DNA of 34,196 nucleotides from a virus (Duplodnaviria; Heunggongvirae; Uroviricota; Caudoviricetes): IMG/VR virus record IMGVR_UViG_2563366972_000006; one strand, 5' to 3'. Shown piece by piece: positions 27,876 to 34,196 of this stretch (position 1 is its first letter; each line of letters starts with the position of its first letter). The notes under the pieces were generated by a model. It saw only the letters and a program-made list of their open reading frames with translations, ran no database searches and was not told where the DNA came from. The position numbers and the translations under genes were made by a program.

Positions 27876-28904
27876 ATGGGGTTATTTACCACGCGTCAGT
27901 TACTCGGGTACACCGAGCAGAAAGTGAAATTTCGTGCGCTGTTTCTGGAGCTGTTCTTTCGTCGCACGATCACTTTCCATACTCAGGAAGTAATGCTGGA
28001 TAAAATTACCGGCAAAACACCGGTTGCGGCGTATGTGTCTCCGGTGGTGTCAGGCAAAGTGCTGCGCAGCCGTGGTGGTGAAACCCGCGTGTTACGTCCC
28101 GGTTATGTAAAACCAAAACACCGCTTTGATTATCAGCAGGCAGTGGAACGTCTTCCGGGAGAGGATCCGGCCCGCCTTAATGACCCTGCTTACCGCCGTC
28201 TGCGTATTCTGACGGACAACCTGAAACAGGAAGAGCAGGCGATTGTGCAGGTGGAAGAAATGCAGGCGGTCAGTGCCGTTCTGCAGGGTAAATACACCAT
28301 GAGCGGCGAGCAGTTTGAGACAGTGGAAGTGGATTTTGGGCGCTCTGCCGCCAATAACATTACGCAGGCTGGCGGACGCGAATGGTCACAGCAGAATGCT
28401 GACACCTTCGATCCGACGCATGATCTGGATGCGTACTGCGATTTCGCTTCCGGCACCATCAATATCGCGATTATGGACGGCACGGTCTGGCGTATGCTGA
28501 ACGGTTTTAAACTGTTCCGTGAAAAACTGGATACCCGCCGTGGCTCCAAATCTGAGCTGGAAACGGCACTGAAAGACCTGGGCTCCGTGGTTTCCTTTAA
28601 AGGCCATTACGGCGATCTGGCAATTGTGGTGGCGAAGACAACGTATGTTGACGAAAACGGGGATGAACAGCGTTATCTGCCGGAAGGTACACTGATTCTG
28701 GGGAATACCCAAGCGGAAGGTGTTCGTTGCTATGGGGCCATTCAGGATAACCAGGCGCTGAATGAAGGGATCACCTCTGCAACGCGTTATCCGAAGCACT
28801 GGGAAGTTATTGGCGATCCAAGTTGCGAATATACCATGACGCAGTCTGCGCCGTTGATGGTGTTGCCGGATCCGGATGCGTTTGTGGTGGTTCAGGTGAA
28901 ATAA
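27876..28904 (+). CDS. E: Major capsid protein (lambda gpE-like)
   Basis: 342 aa; PGYVKPKH, DPAYRR, VEEMQAVSAVLQGKYTMSGE, RRGSKSELETALKDLG, LILGNTQAEGVRCYGAIQD, FTMTQSAPLMVLPDPDAFVVVQ parallel recalled lambda E. Confidence 0.9.
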   Translation: MGLFTTRQLLGYTEQKVKFRALFLELFFRRTITFHTQEVMLDKITGKTPVAAYVSPVVSGKVLRSRGGETRVLRPGYVKPKHRFDYQQAVERLPGEDPARLNDPAYRRLRILTDNLKQEEQAIVQVEEMQAVSAVLQGKYTMSGEQFETVEVDFGRSAANNITQAGGREWSQQNADTFDPTHDLDAYCDFASGTINIAIMDGTVWRMLNGFKLFREKLDTRRGSKSELETALKDLGSVVSFKGHYGDLAIVVAKTTYVDENGDEQRYLPEGTLILGNTQAEGVRCYGAIQDNQALNEGITSATRYPKHWEVIGDPSCEYTMTQSAPLMVLPDPDAFVVVQVK

Positions 28905-28907
28905 GAC

Positions 28908-28935
28908 GGGGCGGGATATTCCCGCCTTTTTCTTT
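28908..28935 (+). terminator. Rho-independent terminator-like hairpin after the capsid gene
   Basis: GGCGGG-ATATT-CCCGCC followed by TTTTTCTTT. Confidence 0.55.
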
Positions 28936-28954
28936 AGCGCACGGGAGAGATGTG

Positions 28955-29320
28955 ATGACAAAAGAGCAGATGACTGAACGTTTGCAGGAACTGGCTGTGA
29001 TTCTGGGGCGTGAAGCAGATATATCAGGTTCAAAAGCCGATCTTGAGCAGCGCCTGGCGGAATGGGAAGAGGAGGCCGCCGGATTCGATGGGGAGGAGAC
29101 AGGGAAGGAAGAGGTGGGCAACGATGCATCCGGCGACGGAATGCATTCTGAGCGGGGACTCGCCCGGGTGCGTATGCTGAAAACGGCGCATATGCCAGCC
29201 TGTGATGCTGTGACGGGAAAAATGTTGATGTTTGCCCGGGCCTCCAGTGTTGTGCTGGTTAATGAAGCCGCAGTTCCTGCGTTGCTGGCGGACGGTCTGG
29301 CAGAAAAAATCCGGGAGTGA
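28955..29320 (+). CDS. FI: DNA packaging protein (lambda FI-like)
   Basis: GGGAGAG RBS then ATG at 28955 (internal Met of track ORF 28823-29320); MTKEQMTERLQEL... resembles recalled FI N-terminus; position after E. Confidence 0.7.
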   Translation: MTKEQMTERLQELAVILGREADISGSKADLEQRLAEWEEEAAGFDGEETGKEEVGNDASGDGMHSERGLARVRMLKTAHMPACDAVTGKMLMFARASSVVLVNEAAVPALLADGLAEKIRE

Positions 29321-29724
29321 TGATGTTCGATAATCTGTTCGATCAGGCCATGAGTGATGCGGATGACATCATCCTGGATACGATGGGGACGGAAATCAGC
29401 ATATATCCGGGCGGCACGGAAAGAAGAATCCGTGCCGTTTTTGATGCCCCGGCAGATAACACCGGGATGAACACTGGCAGCGGCGAAATTCGTGATACTG
29501 CGCCCGTGTTATTTACCCGGAGCGCATGGGCCGCCGGTCTGAAAAAATATGACAGGGTCATGATCCACGGCGAACCCTATCAGGTAGTCGATCCCGGCTG
29601 GGATGAGTCAGGCACTGCGGGTCAGGGGGTGATTACCATCACCCTTGCGCGTGGAGAGCCGGGGAGAAATACACCTGCTGCACCGGAACGACCGAGTAAA
29701 CGTTATGGCAGTCAGAGAGCATGA
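29317..29724 (+). CDS. FII: Head-tail connector protein (lambda FII-like)
   Basis: N-terminus FDNLFDQAMSDADD parallels recalled lambda FII (FDNLFDAAIARADE). Confidence 0.75.
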   Translation: MMMFDNLFDQAMSDADDIILDTMGTEISIYPGGTERRIRAVFDAPADNTGMNTGSGEIRDTAPVLFTRSAWAAGLKKYDRVMIHGEPYQVVDPGWDESGTAGQGVITITLARGEPGRNTPAAPERPSKRYGSQRA

Positions 29725-30427
29725 ACGAAGCAGTGCCCGGCAGCGACGGCTGGCACGAAACCTCGTCGTCGATATTGATGAAGATGAGGTGCTGAAAATT
29801 GTCGCTAAACTGGGTGGGTCAAAAAGTCAGATCCGTAAAGCCTGGGGCGTGGCGCTGAAAAGAGCCGCGTCTGCACTGCGGATGAAGGCTATGGCTGAGT
29901 TTAAAAAACAGGTTGCCCCACGCAGTCAGAAAATGATCAAAAAGCGTGTTCTGCATAATTTTATCATTCGTCGTAACGGTGATGAGTTTGATGAGGCGAA
30001 GGTATGGTTCGGTCTGAACGCCATCAAAGTACGCGATCTGCGCGGACGCATCAGTGGGGGACGACGCGGCGAACGCCATCAGTTGCGCGATGAGCGGGGG
30101 CGTTTTGCACCAGCTTCCCGCCGCAGGAAGGTACGGGAGATCCGTTTTAAACCTGCCGGGGAATCCCTGCCTGTCACCACCTGGTCAACGGATGATGCCT
30201 TTATCAACCAGTTCGAAGCGGAAAATCGTAACGGACGTATATCAAAAAGGAAAACGATACTGATCCGACAGGCATCCGGACGACGGAGGGTGCGTGAAGC
30301 GGAAATTGATATTTATGAAGCCATGCTGAACCGTATCGAGGATTTTGTTTTTCCGGATGCGGAAGCACTGATCCTGAAAAATTTTGAGCATGAACTGAAA
30401 TTCCGGGTATTTAAGGGGCTTGAGTGA
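29705..30427 (+). CDS. Putative tail completion / head-tail adaptor protein (gpZ-like position)
   Basis: Basic protein following FII; start at internal ATG 29705 overlapping FII; family assignment tentative. Confidence 0.45.
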   Translation: MAVREHERSSARQRRLARNLVVDIDEDEVLKIVAKLGGSKSQIRKAWGVALKRAASALRMKAMAEFKKQVAPRSQKMIKKRVLHNFIIRRNGDEFDEAKVWFGLNAIKVRDLRGRISGGRRGERHQLRDERGRFAPASRRRKVREIRFKPAGESLPVTTWSTDDAFINQFEAENRNGRISKRKTILIRQASGRRRVREAEIDIYEAMLNRIEDFVFPDAEALILKNFEHELKFRVFKGLE

Positions 30428-30990
30428 TGGAGCCATTGATGATGGGAGCCTGGCATCAGGCGGTGATTGACAGTCTGAAACAAATTCCCTGGGTGGAAGA
30501 TGCCGATGAGTACCCGGAAAAAGTGACGCAACTGGTGACGCCTGCCGTGTTTGTGGATGTGCCTGGCTGGGACAAAGCTCCGTTTGCCAGCGGACAGACG
30601 CGGGTCACGCTGAAATGTGATCTGTTTGTGGTGACAGACCGGGCCGGGAAGACGGAAAACGTGCCAAAACCGCAGATTTTTGCCCGTTGTCTGGCGATGG
30701 ATTTATCTGACTGGATTGAGGGAGCCACGTTCGGGCTGGATAACGTTGATCCGGCGGTTTTTATCGATGCTGAGGTGGATACCTTCGACCGGCTGCTGGA
30801 CGACTACATCGTTTTCCGTGTCTCTTTTGAACAGGACATTCCGGTCGGCGAAGATCCGTTTGCGGTTCCGGCAGGTGCGCCGTTACAGGAAGTCTGGCTG
30901 GGTAAAGTACCGGAAACCGGCAAGAGACATGAGCAGGATTATCGTCTTATCTGGAAATCGGAGGGCACCGGTGATGAGTCTGGCGGATGA
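30424..30990 (+). CDS. Putative tail completion / adaptor protein
   Basis: ORF between FII-like and baseplate V-like genes; no family recognised. Confidence 0.45.
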   Translation: MMEPLMMGAWHQAVIDSLKQIPWVEDADEYPEKVTQLVTPAVFVDVPGWDKAPFASGQTRVTLKCDLFVVTDRAGKTENVPKPQIFARCLAMDLSDWIEGATFGLDNVDPAVFIDAEVDTFDRLLDDYIVFRVSFEQDIPVGEDPFAVPAGAPLQEVWLGKVPETGKRHEQDYRLIWKSEGTGDESGG

Positions 30991-31597
30991 AGTGGCAGAG
31001 TTACGCCGCAGGGTGGCGGACATGGTCCGTCGCGGCGTGGTGGACGAGGTGATCCCGGGTAGCCCGGTGATGGTTCGGGTGGATATCGGGGATGTGCTTT
31101 CGCCTCCGTTGCCCTGGATTCAGGTACAGTCCGGGCGCTACATGCAGGTCAGTAATTATCCGGCCCCCGGAGATGCCGTTACGGTGATATCGGAGGCGGG
31201 CGATCTGCGTAACGGTCGGGTGTATCCGGGGGCCAATATTGACGCCATTCCTGTCCCTGAGGGCAGTGAATACGAACATGTTATTTTGTTTGATACCGGA
31301 ACGAAAATCCGTTACGACCGTCAGGCTAATGCCCTGTCCATCACGCTGGCTGAAGGCGGCAGCTATAAAATTACCGGCAGGGGAACTCTGGACGGCCCGG
31401 TAGAAATCACAGACACCCTGACCGTACAGGGTAAAGCAACCATGAATGCTGAGGCGGTGGTTAAGGCGGATCTGATGGTCGGTGGTGAGGTTTCTGATTA
31501 TCACGGAACGATGAGTCAAATCAGAATTGTCTATAACGGTCACAATCACCGGGGCGACAGTGGTGGCAGCACCGGACAGCCTGGTCAGCAAATGTAA
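30974..31597 (+). CDS. Baseplate assembly protein V / spike (P2 gpV-like)
   Basis: Internal ATG 30974 of track ORF 30680-31597; C-terminal HNHRGDSGGSTGQPG matches the recalled P2 V C-terminal motif. Confidence 0.7.
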   Translation: MSLADEVAELRRRVADMVRRGVVDEVIPGSPVMVRVDIGDVLSPPLPWIQVQSGRYMQVSNYPAPGDAVTVISEAGDLRNGRVYPGANIDAIPVPEGSEYEHVILFDTGTKIRYDRQANALSITLAEGGSYKITGRGTLDGPVEITDTLTVQGKATMNAEAVVKADLMVGGEVSDYHGTMSQIRIVYNGHNHRGDSGGSTGQPGQQM

Positions 31598-31630
31598 TCT
31601 CCTTTCAGTTCTTTTTCCGGAATAAACAAC

Positions 31631-31987
31631 ATGATTGGTATTGATTCAGCCACCGGCAGATATCTGCACGGTAACGAACATCTGCGCCAGTCCGTCACCG
31701 ATATTTTGTCAACGCCGGTCGGCAGCCGGGTCCTGCTCAGGGAATACGGCAGCAGACTTTTCAGTCTGCTTGATAACCCACAGGATGATTTCACGCGGGT
31801 GAGAATAGTCCGTGAAACGGCAACCGCCCTTGAACGCTGGGAACCCCGACTGGCCCTCCGGCGGGTGGAGGTGACATGGACGGGAGAAGGAGGCGCCTGG
31901 CTGACGCTTGTCGGGGTGAATAACGAAACTCAGGAAACGATTCGACTCGAGGAGATAAAAATTGGCAACGTCTCAGGCCATTATTGA
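31631..31987 (+). CDS. Baseplate wedge protein (P2 gpW / gp25-like)
   Basis: 118 aa; LRQSVTDILSTPVGSRV...LERWEPRL parallels recalled P2 W. Confidence 0.75.
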   Translation: MIGIDSATGRYLHGNEHLRQSVTDILSTPVGSRVLLREYGSRLFSLLDNPQDDFTRVRIVRETATALERWEPRLALRRVEVTWTGEGGAWLTLVGVNNETQETIRLEEIKIGNVSGHY

Positions 31988-32876
31988 TTTGTCCGCGATA
32001 CCTGTACCGGATGTAGTGGATGTGCCGGACACCGCTGTGCTGGTCACTCAGATAGTGGCGAAGTATCAGGAGCTGGATACGTTGTTTTCGGCTCTGGTGG
32101 AATCTGATCCCGCGTATAAATGGGCAGAGGCGCTGGCTTATCGGGTGGCGCTGATGCGCCAGCAGATCAATGATGCTGTCCGTGCTGTACTGCTTGCCAG
32201 TGCCGGTGGGAACGACCTGGATCAGGTTGGCGCGAATTATCAGGTTCAGCGGCTGGTTATTACCCCGGCAGACGACAGCACCATTCCGCCCACGCCGGCG
32301 GTGTATGAAGATGATGACGCTTTTCGCGAACGTATCCAGTTGTCATGGGCACGGCTCAGCACCGCCGGCGCGAAAAATGCGTATCACTATTTTGCACAAA
32401 GTGCTGATCCTGATGTGCTGGATGTGAAGGCTTACGGGCCGGAAACACATTCGCAGGAAGGCCGGGTTTTTCTTTATGTGTTATCCCGGTCCGGAAATGG
32501 CACTGCATCACAACCCCTGCTGGATAAGGTGGCAGCATCAGTCTGTGATGATGAAACCCGTCCCCTGACGGATTTTGTCAGTGTCCGGACGGCAGAAATT
32601 ATTCCCTACGATGTGGTGGCGGATATTCATATTCCCTACGGGCTGGATGGTGAACTGGTCATGGCAAATGCCCGCCAGGCACTGCGGTCTTACACTGACA
32701 GCGTCCACCGGATAGGCTCGGTGGCGTCACGTTCCGGCATGGATGGTGCTCTGCACCAGACCGGGGTGATTACGGTGAATCTGACCTCACCAGCCAGTGA
32801 TATCGTTCCTGCGATGGGGCAGGCACCGTGGTGCCGTAGGGTAACGCTGAATAAGGTGGAGACAACCGATGAATGA
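31962..32876 (+). CDS. Baseplate assembly protein J (P2 gpJ-like)
   Basis: AIIDLSAIPVPDVV, AGGNDLDQVGANYQVQRLVITPADDSTIPPTPAV blocks match recalled P2 J; TTG start with GAGGAG RBS. Confidence 0.85.
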   Translation: MATSQAIIDLSAIPVPDVVDVPDTAVLVTQIVAKYQELDTLFSALVESDPAYKWAEALAYRVALMRQQINDAVRAVLLASAGGNDLDQVGANYQVQRLVITPADDSTIPPTPAVYEDDDAFRERIQLSWARLSTAGAKNAYHYFAQSADPDVLDVKAYGPETHSQEGRVFLYVLSRSGNGTASQPLLDKVAASVCDDETRPLTDFVSVRTAEIIPYDVVADIHIPYGLDGELVMANARQALRSYTDSVHRIGSVASRSGMDGALHQTGVITVNLTSPASDIVPAMGQAPWCRRVTLNKVETTDE

Positions 32877-33459
32877 CGATATCAGGAGCATACTGCCGGT
32901 CAGTGCCCGCCGGGCAGAGCGGGTGGTGGACTGTGTCGCCGGAGATATGCTGTCAGACATAGCGGTCTGCCTGATCCGCTATGTGAAAAATCCCGATTTA
33001 TGCCCTGCTGAATTGCTGCCATGGCTGGCCTGGGAAATGGCAGTGGATACCTGGAATGAACACTGGACGGAGGCGGAAAAACGGTCTGCAATAAAACGTG
33101 CTGCTTACATCCACCGTCACAGAGGCACAAAAGCGGCGCTGATGGCGTCGCTGGCTGACAGTCCCTTCCGGTCGCAGATTGTTGAATGGTATGAGCAGAC
33201 CCCTCCCGGAGAACCGTATACCTTCCGTCTGAACGTGGAACAAAAGGATTTACCGGTACTGATGAATGATCATCAGGATCTGAAGCATGCGGTGCTTCGT
33301 GCGAAAAATCTGCGCAGCTGGTTCAGTATTCACGTTTACGGGAACAGCAGGGGGCGAGGATTTGGTTACGGCTATGTGATGGCGACAGAAAAAATCAGAA
33401 GTACTGGTGTGATAACAAAAACAGTGTCCACTGACGGGCAGAGTGAGGCGGGAGTATGA
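32869..33459 (+). CDS. Tail protein I (P2 gpI-like)
   Basis: CPAELLPWLAWEMAVDTWNEHWTEAEKRSAIKRAAYIHRHRGTKAAL parallels recalled P2 I. Confidence 0.8.
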   Translation: MNDDIRSILPVSARRAERVVDCVAGDMLSDIAVCLIRYVKNPDLCPAELLPWLAWEMAVDTWNEHWTEAEKRSAIKRAAYIHRHRGTKAALMASLADSPFRSQIVEWYEQTPPGEPYTFRLNVEQKDLPVLMNDHQDLKHAVLRAKNLRSWFSIHVYGNSRGRGFGYGYVMATEKIRSTGVITKTVSTDGQSEAGV

Positions 33460-34196
33460 ATGGGCTGATTCTGACAACATCCGGCGCTGCAGAAATTGAA
33501 GCGGCATATCAGAACGGGCAAACAGTGACTGTCCGGCATGTTCTGCTTGGTGACGGGGGTGGGCAGGCATTGCCTTCCACGCCTGATGAAATGGCAGCAA
33601 TAACATCGTTGTATGGCGAATTCGGGCAGGAACCCTTTTCCAACGGAGCAGTGGAGGAGGGCTTCATCAGCGGGGATATTGTGATTGACTGCAAATCATA
33701 TCCCGGAAAAACCCTTCGTGAACTGGGGATTATCAGCGACAGAGGTACGCTTATCGCGTACGGACGTTATCCGGACACCTTTTTACCAGACCAGACGGAT
33801 TCCGTTATTAAGGAAGTTATTCTGACGCTGGTTCTTGGACTGACGCACGCACAAAACGTGGTGCTGGAGGTTGATCCGGACAGGGCCATTATTACTCAGG
33901 AAATCGGAGACAGACGCTATCTGCAACGAAAAAAGAATCTTTCGGATGTGGAAGACAAGGACGAGGCTGTTGAAAACCTCGGATTAAAAACCACGGTGGA
34001 CAAGGCAAAAAATGCCGTTCAGCGTGATGGTGACACCATGACCGGGGAACTGAAAATCCGTGGTGTTAATGCGCTGAGGATTTTCAACGACGCTTTTGGT
34101 CTGATTTTTCGTCGTTCGGAAGAGTGCCTGCACCTTATCCCTACCAGTGAAGGTCAGGGCGAGAATGGCGATATTGGTCCACTTCGACCGTTCACT
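33456..34196 (+). CDS. Tail fiber protein, N-terminal part (P2 gpH-like); truncated by window end
   Basis: Open frame from ATG 33456 (ATGA overlap with upstream stop) to the last base, 247 codons without stop; DGDTMTGELKI motif typical of tail fiber N-terminal domains; not in ORF track because it lacks a stop. Confidence 0.75.
   Translation, partial: MNGLILTTSGAAEIEAAYQNGQTVTVRHVLLGDGGGQALPSTPDEMAAITSLYGEFGQEPFSNGAVEEGFISGDIVIDCKSYPGKTLRELGIISDRGTLIAYGRYPDTFLPDQTDSVIKEVILTLVLGLTHAQNVVLEVDPDRAIITQEIGDRRYLQRKKNLSDVEDKDEAVENLGLKTTVDKAKNAVQRDGDTMTGELKIRGVNALRIFNDAFGLIFRRSEECLHLIPTSEGQGENGDIGPLRPFT

Noticed and set aside
28386..29129. Minus-strand 247-aa ORF
   Set aside because: Antisense to the major capsid and FI genes; Pro/Arg-rich low-complexity translation.
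30680..30973. 5' extension of the baseplate V ORF in the track
   Set aside because: Overlaps the preceding gene in another frame; homology to P2 V begins at the internal ATG 30974.

Overview
The whole 34.2-kb window lies inside a Rac-like lambdoid prophage of an Escherichia-type host, read left to right in canonical module order. Modules: (1) integration and recombination on the minus strand (int, xis, ralR/lar, recT, recE, racC, ydaE, kilR); (2) immunity (XRE-family repressor flanked by operator-like repeats, divergent ydaS-ydaT); (3) replication (ydaU, DnaC-like ydaV); (4) a strongly AT-rich accessory island (about 11.5-15.7 kb) with an extra Q-like regulator, a two-gene minus-strand operon (NdpA/YejK-like protein plus a C-terminally membrane-anchored protein), a hok-type toxin locus and a 9-bp x7 microsatellite; (5) nin-like genes and a second Q antiterminator; (6) tRNA-Thr and tRNA-Gly plus a 700-bp structured non-coding stretch; (7) lysis cassette (two holin-like proteins, M15 endolysin, Rz with embedded Rz1); (8) an Ais/PmrG-like histidine phosphatase moron; (9) lambda-like packaging and head genes (Nu1, A, W, B, C with nested Nu3-like scaffold, D, E, FI, FII); (10) P2-like baseplate and tail fiber genes (V, W, J, I, H), the last running off the right edge. 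The best candidate for an undescribed system is the NdpA-like plus membrane-protein operon at 12186-14553. Limits: all family assignments come from reading the translations and recalling known protein families; no database search, HMM or RNA folding was run. Start codons were chosen by RBS and homology and may be off by a few codons. Coordinates of features absent from the ORF track (tRNAs, hok, ydaE, ydaF, lipoprotein, hairpins, repeats) were read by hand.
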